Translations under genes and position numbers: made by a program
The notes under the pieces: generated by a model
The model's input: the letters and a program-made list of their open reading frames with translations, nothing else
Databases searched by the model: none
Told to the model about the DNA's origin: nothing
From: Torpedo marmorata
Lineage: Eukaryota
Reading direction: 5' to 3'
Assembly: GCA_977017645.1 (NCBI GenBank)
Contig: CDRNVU010000045.1
Span: 2,480,001 to 2,544,000, forward strand
DNA length: 64,000 nucleotides
Shown: positions 36,193-48,865 of the stretch, piece by piece
Layout: the number at the start of each line of letters is the position of its first letter
Numbering within the stretch: the first letter of the stretch is position 1

Positions 36193-38711
36193 AGACACTC
36201 ACGAGTATAGTAGAACAATTGACACTTGGGGATATATGCGCATACTTCCCGAATTTATACACGGTCATGAAGCAGTAGTTTCGCACGCATTTCCACATCG
36301 GTCATGGCATTGGGTCCAGGAGCAAAGGGGAGGTGATGCAACTATAATGTGCACTTTGAAGACGGCAATTGGAGATGGGTGAGCAGTTTTTTGTCAGCCA
36401 GATAATTAAGCTGGAAATGCTGCAGAAACATTTGACAGTAATATTACCACGACAGTGGAAATATGTAAAGACTGGAGCGCAGGACCCTGAGGTGAAGCGA
36501 GTGCATGTTTTCTAAAATCGTGAAGCGTCACATTTTAGAAGAATTGTTGAATTAAAAAGTATACGGCGCAGAAATAATCTGAAAAAAAGGAGTGACGTAA
36601 AGGGATCTGAGGGGAACCTTCTTCACACAGAACGGTGGGAATGTGCAACTTACTGCCAATGGTGTGTGAGAAGCGGGGATAAATGTAACTTTAGAAATAC
36701 AATCATTGACGTGGATGGGAAGGGAAGGTTGAGAGGGATACTGAGCGAACGCAGTCAAATAGAACTGGATGGTCGGTGTGTTCAACCTGGCCACAGGGTC
36801 TGTTTCCCTTCTATTTAACTCTACTACATTGTTGAACGGTGAAGCGTGACCAATGAAACAATTACGGGAATGACCGTTTCGGACAGTTGCTGTAAGTCAT
36901 AAAGGAATAACTAACGTGATGGTAAATGATGAAACGAAAATTAACATACAATTAATCGGAAGATGGCACATCTCCGTTGAGAAGGACAAAACTGAATTTT
37001 GGGCAGTTAATAACAGAGACAGTTGCGGTGAAACGGCCACAGGAAATTCTTACTGGACAGTACCATTCTTGTTTGAAGAAATAGAGACAGAACAATTTTT
37101 TCCGGAAGCCAACCATTGCGTATCGGCCTGTTTGTGTTTCTAAACGGTCGGGAATGACGGTAAAATATCATAAAATATCAGGTCCTGCTTGTTACTGGAA
37201 CACCACAATGTAAAATGCAGAGAATGTTCAAAATAAAGCAACCCTCGGATCACACTGTCATTTGGAAATGGACGGCAGTTCAACGGGTGGTGAAGTGACA
37301 TTACCATGTACTTTTACCCTTCGGGACAACGTCTGGTTTGTTTATTTAGCCTGAAATATCGTTAATTATATTTAACCTTAGATTAAATGACGCAGCCGTG
37401 CATGGTGACATGCGATTTGCAGTTGCTCATTTGGTGAATAATTCGTCCAGGAGACAGCAGGGAAGGTGAACCCCATTCACACGGAGAGACCGCGAAAGCC
37501 GTGGATAATTCAGGATCCAAATGAGCGTTGTCACCGACACCCTCCAATGACTTCAGCCCCGTTCAGTGAAACTTCATGCCATTGTTCTGGGACTGCCCCA
37601 GGTCAGAGATGCGAATCACGACACAAAGTGTCCTCATCAGGTTCTCGGCCACAGATGGCAAACCGCACACGCCTAAGCGCGGGATGTAGAGGACGAATTT
37701 TGGTGAGGCATCTTACCGACAGTGCACTTCATGACGTATTTAATTATTTATGCTGCTTGACGCACAATAATAACATTATATTTACATTATCTTCGAGTAA
37801 TAATGACTTGAAAACCTAAATAGGAAATTATACGTACGGCACGGTCACGAGTCCTTCCGGCCGACTAGCGCGTGCCTCCTCGCCCCCAAATTCAATGCAA
37901 ACATATACTATCAAAAATGAAAAGAACTATTTATATAAATGTATTGCAGCATATGTGCTTGCAATACACCCTTACTGTAATGGGTTAAGAAAATTCACAG
38001 CAACATACAAAAATAATCATTTCAAACAGCATAATGTAAATACTGAGCCACTGTAATTACCATCATCCCGCACCTTACCCGGAATGCCGACCGCTGCCAG
38101 CACGGGATAATAAATTCTTACTATCTGGTAAATTGCTGGATATTCCATTTTCTGCTCCGCCCAACGATGATGTGTTCAAACCCTGACCGTATGCATTGGT
38201 TCAACGAACATTTATACTCCACTGACAACGCGGTTCAGCCCTTGGGGATCATCGTTAATCACATTAGTTCCACGCCAATGAGCAAATATTTACAAATAAC
38301 TATTTTAATGCATTATGTCACGTTATCATATATTTAACGCTTCCATAGACTGCACAACAAGTTTACATTCATGATCTTTGGATCTATCTTTGAGGGTGAC
38401 TTTGCAAGCTACAATCTCTTTCATGACGTTTGGGCTGCTTTCGTGAAACATTTATTTGGATCATTTGATTCCATAACAAAGGTTGTAACCGAAATGTTGG
38501 ATGAACTCAGCTGGCCTTTTCAGCATCTATGGGGGGCAAAGGTATTCGTAGGAGACAAAGAGACAAGACCGGCTGCGTTCTACCAACATTTCGGTGTGCT
38601 TACTACAATCACGGCGTCTTCAGCCTTTCCTGTTTCACTCTTGTCTCTTTCAAAGTCCTGTCAAATATAAAATCTGTTGTGTGACATTGCCATGACAACA
38701 ATGGCAGGTGT

Positions 38712-39275
38712 AAAACACGAAAATCTGTAGACACCGTGGTTGAAGTAAAAAAGACAAATGCTGGAGAAATTCAGCAGGTCAAACAGTGTATTTTATGTAG
38801 CAAAGGTAGAAATACACAACCGACGTTTCGGGCTTGAGCCCTTCATCAAAGTATGAGAAAATGCCGGCAGGCGTCCGAACAAAAGATTGAGGGGGGAAGG
38901 GGGGGTGGCAAAGGCAGGAGATGCTCGGTGGAGAAAGGAGGGTGGGGACAGCAGCAAAGAGGGGGAGGAGGGATGGCTGGGTAGGTGAATAAAAGCAGGA
39001 AGGACAGGTGAGGGGGGATGGGAAGGGAAAGACAAGCAGGTTTAGTGGAAAGCAGAAACGTCAATGTTAATGCCATCTAGCTGGAGAGTGCTGAGACGGA
39101 AAATGAGATGTTGTTCCTCCAATTTGCGGGTAGTCTGGTGGGATAGTACATAAGGCCATGGACAGACATGTGAGTGTGGGAGTGTGACCCTGAATTGAAA
39201 TGGTTGGCTACTGGGAGGTCGCTGTTGTTGCGGACGGAGTGGAGGTGCTCAGCAAAGCGGTCTCTCCGATGTAGA
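38712..39275 (-). mobile_element. Penelope-like 3' fragment, same family as 12053-13280
   Basis: Reverse complement of ~12690-13278; flanked by ACAATGGCAGGTGT at 38698-38711 and 39286-39299. Confidence 0.92.
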
Positions 39276-39339
39276 GTGTTTGGTTACAATGGCAGGTGTT
39301 TGGTCACAGCGCATGTCTCATGTATTGAACAGACCCAAA

Positions 39340-39755
39340 GCCAGGTCAGGTGATCCTGTGATGTTTTTACAATAGCATTGGAGAGTGATAAGAATAGACA
39401 AGTTAGAAAAACATTTAATTGGTGTAAGGGGAATTATGAGGCTATCAGGCAAGAAATTGGAAGATTAAATTGGGAACGGATGTTCTCGGGGAAAAGTACA
39501 GAGGAAATGTGGCAAACGTTCAGGGGATATTTATGTGAAGTTATGAATAGGTATGTTCCAATGTGACAGGGAATTTATTGTAGGGTACAGGAACCAGTGT
39601 ATACAAAGGCTGTGAAAAGGCTAGTGAAGAAGTAAAGTAAGGCTTACAAAAGGTTAAGAGGGATATGTAGTGTTAGAGAACGAGAAGAGTATAAGACTGG
39701 CAGGAGAGAGCTTGTAAAGGAAATTAGGAGAGAAAGAAGGGGCCATGAGAAGGAA
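39340..39755 (+). mobile_element. CR1 ORF2 linker fragment
   Basis: ORF 39378-39566 FNWCKGNYEAIRQE...MWQTFR. Confidence 0.75.
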
Positions 39756-40320
39756 TGGATTATTTCAAACATTGTAGTTGCAGTTAAAATATTGCTCTTA
39801 CAGCTCAATATTTTCTTTGTTGGTGGGATGCATTACGTACTACCATTTTTCAGTTCATTTTACTCTGTGTGGGAACAAATTTAACAAAACCCTGCAGGCT
39901 TTGGAGGGTGACTGTGAACTGACATCAGGCTGAGGACAGTGTGTTCCTAAATTGGATACATCTGAAGAGAGAGGAAGGGGCCCTGGAAACAACCAAGGTA
40001 CAGAGACCATGTGACCAACAAATTCAAGACTGAGTACACAGTTTTGCTCAGGGGTCATTTTGAGGAGGCAGTGCTGTGGAGCAGTGCTCTTGTAAGTAAT
40101 ATCGTACTGAAGTGGCCTCGTGTGTGTGTATAGACAATCTTTGATTTCCCCATGTTATAGGGGAATATGATGTGGCCATTGTGAGGAGTAAGCACTTGGA
40201 ATAGCATCATTTGAAGGGATACTGTGCTGAATATGGACTCGTGTGATGATAGACAATATGTGTGATTTCTCCAGGTTGTAGGGGAATGAGAATACCACTC
40301 TGAGTCCAAAAGGTGAAGGA

Positions 40321-41337
40321 TCTAAATTTACTCTATCTATTCCCCTCGTAATGTTAAACACTTCTATCAAATATTCCCTCATTCTTCTACGCTCCATGGA
40401 ATAAAGTCCTAACCTGTTTAGCCCTTCCCTGTAACTCAGTTGCTGAAGTCCATGAAACATCGTAGAAAATATTCTCTTCACTCATTCTATATTATTGATA
40501 TATTTCCTGTAGTTCCGTGATCAAAGCTGCACGCAATACTGTACTCCAACTTTGCGTCATCAATGTCATGTACACCTTCACCATATCATGTCAACTCCTG
40601 TACTCAATACTTTGATTTATGATGGACAGTATGCCAAAAGCTATCCACCTGTGACGCCACTCTCAGGGACTTTTAAATCTGTATTCCCAGCTCCCTCTGT
40701 TCTACCGCACTGCTCAGCGCCCTACCTTTTACCTGCATGCCCTTTCTTGGTTTGTCCTTCCAAAATTCAAATCCTCACACTTGTCTACATTAAATTTTAT
40801 CTTGCGTTTTTCACCCCATTTTTTCAGCTGGTTAAGATCCTTCGGCATGCTTTTAAAACCTTCTTCGCTGTCCATAACACCTCCAATCTTAGTGTCATCT
40901 GCAAACTTGCTGATACAATTCACCACATTATCATCCAGATCATTGAATTAGATGACAAAAAAACAATGGTGCCTGCACCGATCCCAGAAGCACACCACTC
41001 GGCACAGGCCTCCAGTCTGAGAGGGTAGGCGAGATACAAACCAGAGGACATGGGTTAAGAGTGAAATGAGAAATATTTAAGGGGTAAATGAGAGGGGACT
41101 TCTTCACACAGAGAGTTGTGGTAGTGTGGAACCAGCTGGCAGCTGAAGTTGTGAATGCGGGCTCAATTGTAACATTTAAGAAGACGTTGGGCAGGTACAT
41201 GGATGGGACTGGTCTAGAGAGCGATGGAATGGGTGCATGTCAGTGGGACTGGGCAACGGAAATGGATCGGCACTGACTGGAGGGGCCAAAGGGACCTCAT
41301 TCTGTGCTGTAATGTTCTGAGGCTCTATGGTTCTATG
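40321..41337 (+). mobile_element. CR1 copy with inverted 5' segment (40321-41021 antisense; 41022-41337 sense with tail)
   Basis: Minus ORFs 40729-40926 (KFADDTK) and 40155-40481 end at GIDRVN; the plus segment resumes at RVGEIQTRGHGL and ends in a (TTCTATGG)-type tail. Confidence 0.85.
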
Positions 41338-42033
41338 AATGAAGTTCCGGTGATGTGTAGAATCATATTCCAGTTCATAAAATTGTGGATGTTCGGAACA
41401 TTTGTGTGCATAATGTGCCAAGCTGGGGAAATTTAACTGGAAAATAAAAGGCTGCTTTCAAATAGCGTGTCATCGATCGTTCCTAATTTCCAGAGATTAA
41501 TGTCATAAATCCCATCTTTAACAAAAGGTCGCAAAGATCCCCTCACCTTACTGGAATTGTCATCTTTCTCAGTGATTGTTGTACATATGCCGACGGGCAG
41601 GTTGTGATCAGATATGCCTTCGTGACATAAAGAGCAATGCTGATCTCCCCAATAGGGCATCGCTGAATATTTTAGACCGGCCCAAATGGCTGTGGTTGGT
41701 TCATTCTGTTAATTATCCTACACCAGAAACATGTAGCGTAAACGTTTGTGCAAGTCCGCTTGCATGTTCCGTTCGTCGCCCGTTCATACGTGAATAGCGT
41801 GATTCACCTTTTTGTATGAGACCGCTTTCCGATTTCCATTAAATATGATTAAGCTATTTGAATAATTTATTATTCATTGAAGTTGTTTACTGATCTAGTC
41901 AATTCTCTGGGGAACCCGAGCAAGCGACAGGCCAAGATGGATCCTGGGCTCTGCGGACATCTTGCGCAGATCGTTTGACGGACGCATTTACAGACACCCT
42001 TGCGCCAACCTATCCCTCTGACAGAACAAACTT

Positions 42034-42398
42034 TGTTCCCTTTCCTCATTTTACATCGAATCGACGTGTGTGGTGTTGCTGACAAATTTGAATATAACTG
42101 TCGTTTGGTAACGGTATTCAGCTAGAAAGTCCTGGGGAGATCGGTAATATATTTGGAACCTCAGGGCTCTACAATTTCGAGCGGCAGGCTTGAGTGTGAA
42201 AGTGGAGGAGATGTCATCACCCAATTTCACTGACTGCGGTAAGTTTGACAGGAAATATCGGATCCATAAATAGAGGGGGTACAAAGGCCAACATCCTGGA
42301 GGTTTGAAATGTGATTACCGTTACCAAACTACAGCTACATTCAAATTTGTCAGCAATACCACACACGTCGATTCAGTATAAAATGAGGAAAGGGAACA
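42034..42398. repeat. 87-bp inverted repeat (42034-42120 / 42312-42398) with a 191-bp spacer, derived from a decayed Rex RT fragment
   Basis: The arms pair with 8 mismatches by manual comparison; ORF 42051-42284 resembles Rex RT (LWIRYFL..LPQSVKLG...IFKF). Confidence 0.9.
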
Positions 42399-42429
42399 GA
42401 GAAAAAGGATGGAAAATGTCGGCAGAAGA

Positions 42430-43650
42430 CTATGAAACATAGGTTCGGAATTGGTACATTCGATCCATCGAGACCGCAACGCCATTCCATCATGGCTGAC
42501 TTACTATTACTTTCAGAACCATTCTCCTGCCTACTCCCCATAACCCTTTATTCACCCCTTCGCCCTGCACCTTAAATATCTCCAATGACTTCGCGTCCAC
42601 AGTCGTCGGCGGCAACCAATTCCACAAATGCGTCACCCCTCTGTAAATATATTCTTACTCATTTCTGTCCTAAAGGGATATTTTGTATTCTGACGCTGTG
42701 CCTACTTGTCACAGAGTGCCCTACAATAGGAACATCCTCTCCCTCTCCACCAACTCCAGGCCTTTCAGTATTCTAAACTCGAACGAGTACAATCCAAATT
42801 ATCACCTTATGAACAGCCTTCTTCTCCGAAGATCATTCTTGTAAACCTCCTCTGGATCCTCCCCAATGCCAAACCACCCTTCCTTAGATTTAGTTCCCAA
42901 CACTGCTCACAATTTTCTAGGTGTGGTCTGAAAAATGTCTTCTAAAGGCTCATTGTCACATCTGATTTTATACTCTATCCCTCTCGAAGTGAATGCCAGA
43001 AATGCATTCGCCTTCCTTACCACTGTCCATCCATACAAATTGATCTTTAGGGAGTCTTTCGCGCGGACTACAACATCCATCTGATTTCTGAAGTCGTTGT
43101 TCGTTTAGAAAAATGTCTCCGCTTTTATTCCTTCCGTCAAATTGGATGATGATACACTTTTCTTCACCGTATTCCATCTTTAATTTCCTTCCCAGTCTCC
43201 TCACATGTCTAAGTCCATCTGCCGACCCAGTGCTTCCTCAAGACTACCTGCCCCTTCCCCGATCATTGTATCGTCCACAAACCTGTCCACAATACTGTCG
43301 AATCCATCATCCAAATCATTGCCATATGACGTGAAAAGGAACACCCCAGCACCGAGCCGTGAAGAACACCTCTTGTCTCTGGCAGCCAACCAGGGTAGGC
43401 TCCTTTTATTCCCAATTACCTGGCTCTTGCCGGTCATCCAATCCTTTATCCATTCTCGTATATTTCCCTCCTGTCCGGCAGGGTGTCACAGTCCTTTTGA
43501 AAATCCGAAAATGCAGGCAAACCAATTTCAGTTACTCTCCGTTACCTTTCCTGCCTGTTATGTCCTCAAATATTTCCAAAGTGTTTGCTGGGCAAATATA
43601 CCACCAGGAAACCACGTTGACCCATCTATTTTACCGTGTACATTGAAGAT
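42430..43650 (-). mobile_element. Old CR1 fragment
   Basis: CR1-type tail at ~42430; the minus strand reads NDLDDGFDSIVDRFVDDT. Confidence 0.75.
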
Positions 43651-45203
43651 TTAAGAATATGATTTCCGTTCTGGTCACTTCATTATTGGAAGGTTGTGGA
43701 GGTTATTGAGAGGGTAAAGGATCAGAATCAGAATCAGAATCAGAATCAGAATTTATTGTCATTAACAAGACTGGATGTTGCCTGGATTGGATAATATGTC
43801 TTATGAGGCAAGGTTAGCAGAGCAAGGTCTTTTTTTCCTGTGGAGCGAAGAAGGATGAGAGGAGACTAAACAGAGGTCTACAAGATCCTGAGAGGCAGAG
43901 GCAGGGTGGACAACCAGCTTCTTTTTTTCGCAAGGCAGGCAGGGAAAACACCGGACGATATCTGAGAAACGTGAAGGGAGAAAACTTCAGGGGTGATATC
44001 AGGGGTAAGTTTTGTTTTTACACAGAGCGTTATGGGTGCCGGGAATGCCTTCTCAGTGGAGGTGGTGGAGACTCAAACATTAAGGCGTTTAAGAGACTCT
44101 TATACCGGCACGTGGACGGAAATAAAATAGAGGGTTACAGGGCAGGGAGGGTTTAGTACATTTTGGTAGGAATATATATGTCGGCACAACTTTGAGGGCC
44201 GAAGGACCTGCACTGTGTTCTAATGTTCTATGTTACATGTTTTAATAGATTCTAACATCCCATCTGCCACCGAAGTCCGGCTAATCGGCCCATAATTTCC
44301 TGCATTTTGCCTCCCTCCTTTCCAAACATTTGGAGTGATATTTGCAATATTCCAATCCCCGGGAACCCATCCATAACATAGAGAAGCTCTAAAAATCAAT
44401 GCCAAGGTCTGCACATTTTTCCGCTAATTCCTAGAATGGCCTTCTACCTTTTAAAGATCGAGGTTTCAGGGTAACTTAATGGGATATTTTTAACTGGCTG
44501 AAAGTGATACATGTCGATATAGATTAATGATATCCCAGTGCTTACTTTCCATAGGAAGACAAGTTAGATAGATGTACAGTCACTAAGGACTGACCCAGAC
44601 TTTATAACTGCACAATGTTATCTATTTTATTTGATATTTCTTGAACGTATTTTCGATAGCATTGTGACACATCATCCTGGTCCAATCGCTCTCTTTGGAA
44701 TTACCAGTCACTGCATTCTTCCGTTCCCACTTAACTTGGTGTGCAGAAACAAGTTTCAGATACCGAAGCACACCAGATTCCTGTTGACGGGACACTGGTA
44801 GGTCGTTACGCCGTGTGACAGGCCTACCATCCACAGGCCTGAAAGTTGCAATTGCCAGTAAAGTCCAGACACTCATTCTCTCGGCTTCTCAACGTTGTTC
44901 CACAGTTCAGTAGTACTTCAGTGTCTCTGACATCAGCTCTGATTGAAAGCGATTGATATTGAACTAATTACAAAATAATTATAATGCTTATGAAATACAA
45001 TGTGTATTAGTTAAGCAGCTTTGTATCTCCAGCATGACATTACAACATTTGTTTCAAGTTCGTTTATTGTCAAATGTAACAAGATGCAGGTTGTGTTTCA
45101 GAGTTAAGGTTTAGAAAAAAGTACATCAACTAAACGGTGCAGTAGGCAGAGCAACACGTTCAATTCGTGAGAGTCTGCTGAGATTTTAAATCTCGTCGAG
45201 GAG

Positions 45204-45428
45204 TTTAAATTTAAATGTAGACACACATCACGGTCACTGGCCCTTCCGGGCCCCGAGCCCATGCCGCCCAATTACACCCGATGACCTGCAACCCCTGTAC
45301 ATTATGAAAGGTTGGGGGAAAGTGAGCACTCAGAAGAAACCAACGCAGACAAGGGGAGAAAGTATAGACAGGGCTGGATTCGAACCCCGTTCACTGGCGT
45401 TTTAACAGCGCTGCGCTTACCCTGTGCC
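45204..45428 (-). mobile_element. tRNA-derived V-SINE (HE1-like), copy in unit 1
   Basis: B box GTTCGAATCC (45376-45385), V-domain-like TCTCCCCTTGTCTGCGTTGGTTTCTTCTGAGTGCTC, and a CR1-like 3' end with (ATTTAA)n tail. Confidence 0.75.
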
Positions 45429-47983
45429 ATAGAATGTCCGCACTTACACCGCCTCAATTTGAGATTTCGACCGACCAAATAGACAAAAGGTTCTAAAGGG
45501 TACAAAACATAGCCTTGTCCATTGAATGCACTGGTCTCCATTCCACTGAATATATCTTTGTGATACGCTGTCTCAAGGAAGCAGCAAACATAGCTATGGG
45601 CCCCCACGGCGCTGGACGGAGCCTTGTCTCATTTCTGCCTTCCGGCAGAAGTTTTAGAAGCATGAAGACAAGAACAGTTTGGTTGCTAAAGGTAACAGCT
45701 GCCGAAACCTACCCAACTCACATCGTTGATGGACCACGTTGACGCCACAAAAGGATGACGTCATCTGCGAGAAGTGCATCCAACTGCAGGTCCTGACAGA
45801 CCGTGTTAGGGAATCGGACATGGCCGTTGACCTGAAACACCGCAGGATGACAACAGGTTTATTTTGTGGAGGTTAGATATTTCAAAACAACTGCCAATTT
45901 CCTTCGGCAGCGAGATTAAACAAGTGTAATAATAAAATTGAAAAGTCCTTTGGAATGACAAATGTTTGCAGTTATTTGAAAATAACTATGTTGCTGATTA
46001 TCGAGGCAGACCTCTTCACCTCACATACGAATAAATGAACTGGGTATTGGATAGACCGTATGCTTCTGAAAACTGGACATAATGCGAGAAGCGTGATGGA
46101 AGTGACCATGCAATGTCCGACTGTAATGAGAACAATGGTCTTCTGTGATTTCTGTCACTATTATCTTTTCACACGTTGCCACAAACAAGCTGATGATTGA
46201 TGAGCATCATATATCACCTTTCTCCAAATATTTGAACCCAGATTACAAGATAACCTCACGTAGAGGGAATCAAAACGAATGTACAGAAAATATCGTGAGA
46301 AGTGGGATAGATATTGCTCCTTTTATTTACAATTATCTGGCTCTTTCCGGTCATCCAATCCTTTATCCATTCTCGTATATTTCCGTCCTGTATGGCAGGG
46401 TGTCACAGTCCTTTTGAAAATCCGAAAATGCAGGCAAACCAATTTCAGTTACTCTCCGTTATCTTTCCTTCCTGTTATGTCCTCAAATATTTAAAACGTG
46501 TTTGCTGGGCAAGAAAACCCACCAGTAAACCACGTTGACCCATCTATTTTACCGTTTACACTGAAGATTGAAGAATATGATTTCAGTTCTGGTCACTTCA
46601 TTATTGGAAGGTTGTGGAAGTTATTGAGAGGGTAAAGGATCAGAATCAGAATCAGAATCAGAATTTATTGTCATTAACAAGACAGGATGTTGCCTGGATT
46701 GGATAACATGTCTTATGAGGAAAGGTTAGCAGAGCAAGTATTTTTTTCCTGTGGAGCGAAGAGGGATGAGAGGAGACTGAACAGAGGTCTACAAGATCCT
46801 GAGAGGCAGAGGCAGGGTGGACAACCAGCTCCTTTTTTTCGCGGGGCAGGCAGGGAAAACACCGGACGACATCTGAAAAACGTGAAGGGAGAAAACTTCA
46901 GGGGTGATATCAGGGGTAAGTTTTGTTTTTACACAGAGCGTTGTGGGTGCCGGGAATGCCTTCTCGGTGGATGTGGTGGAGACTCAAATATTAAGGCATT
47001 TAAGAGACTCTTATACCGGCACATGGACGGAGGAAAAATAAAGGGTTACAGGGCAGGGAGGGTTTAGTACTTTTTGGTAGGAATATCTAGGTCGGCACAA
47101 CTTTAAGGGCCGAAGGATCTGCACCGTGTTCTAATGTTCTATGTTACATGTTTTAATAGATTCTAACATCCCATCTGCCACCGAAGTCCGGCTAATCGGC
47201 CCATAATTTCCTGCATTTTGCCTCTCTCCTTTCGAAACATTTGGAGTGACATTTGCAATATTCCAATCCCCGGGAACCTATCCATAACATAGAGAAGCTC
47301 TAAAAATCAATGCCAATGTCTGCACATTTTTCCGCTAACTCCTAGAATGGCCTTCTACCTTTTAAAGATCAAGCTTTCAGGGTAACTTCATGGGATATAT
47401 TTAAATGGCTGAAAGTGATACATGTCGATATAGATTAATGATATCCCAGTGCTTACCTTCCATAGGAAGACAAGTTAGGTAGCTGTACAGTCACTAAGGA
47501 CTGACCCAGACGTTATAACTGCACAATGTTATCTATTTTATTTGATATTTCTTGAACGTATTTTCAATAGCATTGTGACAAATCATCCTGGTCCAATCGC
47601 TCTCTTTGGAATTACCAGTCACTGCCTCCCTCCCGTTCCCACTTAACTTTGTGTGCAGAAACAAGTTTCAGATACCGAAGCACACCAGATTCCTGTTGAC
47701 GGGACACTGGCTGGTCGTTAAGCCGTGTGACAGGCCTACCATCCACAGGCCTGAAAGTTGCAATTGCCAGTAAAGTCCAGACACTCATTCTCTCGGCTTC
47801 TCAACGTTGTTCCACAGTTCAGTAATACTTTAGTGTCTCTGACATCAGCTCTGATTGAAAGCGATTGATATTGAACTAATTACAAAATAATTATAATTCT
47901 TATGAAATACAATGTGTATTATTTAAGCAGCTTTGTATCTACAGCATGACATTACAACATTTGTTTCAACTTCGTTTATTGTC

Positions 47984-48717
47984 GAAGTATAATTGTTTCC
48001 ATCAATTATATTTAACACCTAAAAGATTAAAGAAATTTAACCCGACACTATCAGATTTTTGTTTTAGATGTAATAGGGAGGAAGGTTCTTTTGTACACTC
48101 TACATGGTTTTGTCCAAAGATATATGATTTTTGGTTGAAAGTTAAAAAGTTTTTAGATAAAGTATTAAGAATTACACTCCCAATGGATCCTATGATATTT
48201 TTATTTGGAGATGTTAAAAGAATTAGTATTATGATGAAATTAAATATGTATCAAATAGAGTTTTTGATAATTGCTCTAGCTGTTGCTAAGAAATGCATTG
48301 CTATTACTTGGAAATCTGATGTAGATTTGGGTTTACAAAGATGGCATGCAGAACTTCGTTCATGTATACCACTTGAAAAGATTACTTATAATTTACGTAT
48401 TAAATATCATTTATTTTTGAAAACATGGAGCCCATACATAAAAGCGGTTGGTTTAAAAATTTGAAGATCTCCAGAGATCAGATCAGACTGGTGAACCTAT
48501 TTTCCACAAAAGATTTGGCTAATAGTTGTTTTTTTTTAGACACTCTCCTTATTCTATTTCTTTCTTTTCTTTATTTTTAGATTAGTGGGGGTGGGAGGGC
48601 TAGGGTGGGGAGGGTGGTTGGGGGGAGAAAATGTATCACATGTATTTTGATAATTTTATATTTTGCCTTATGTATTTTGTGATTTAAAATTTTAAATAAA
48701 ATATTTAAAAAAAAAAA
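47984..48717 (+). mobile_element. L1-B 5'-truncated insertion with poly(A) and 16-bp TSD
   Basis: ORF 47946-48464; AATAAA plus poly(A). TSD AA(C/G)TTCGTTTATTGTC at 47968-47983 and 48718-48733; empty site at 45056-45071. Confidence 0.95.
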
Positions 48718-48865
48718 AAGTTCGTTTATTGTCAAATGTAACAAGATGCAGGTTGTGTTACAGAGTTACGGTTTAGAAAAAAGTACATCAACTAAACGGT
48801 GCAATAGGCAGACCAACACTTTCAATTCGTGAGAGTCTGCTGAGATTTTAAATCTCGTAGAGGAT

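Noticed and set aside
37280-37353. Ig V-set-like string GGEVTLPCTF...(W as TGA), plus DTYYCA at ~30104-30121 in the paralogous block
   Set aside because: The paralog has Tyr at the first Cys, the Cys-Cys spacing is too long in both copies, and there is no continuous frame or RSS; probably chance.
34490-38657. Resemblance of SCKNTDILNCC and KRPAEFIQHF to IL-15/IL-21 helices
   Set aside because: The segments are in the wrong order on the minus strand, the phases do not fit the phase-0 cytokine pattern, and stops intervene.
44622-44876. MSVWTLLAIATFRPVDGRPV... as a secreted peptide precursor
   Set aside because: The hydrophobic core is short, the duplicate copy has an indel in the 3' part, and I recognise no family; kept only as part of the duplication finding.
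45740-45830. CxxC-containing peptide DDVICEKCIQLQVLTDRVRE in both duplication units
   Set aside because: It matches the CR1 ORF1 zinc finger/leucine zipper; a LINE relic, not a host exon.
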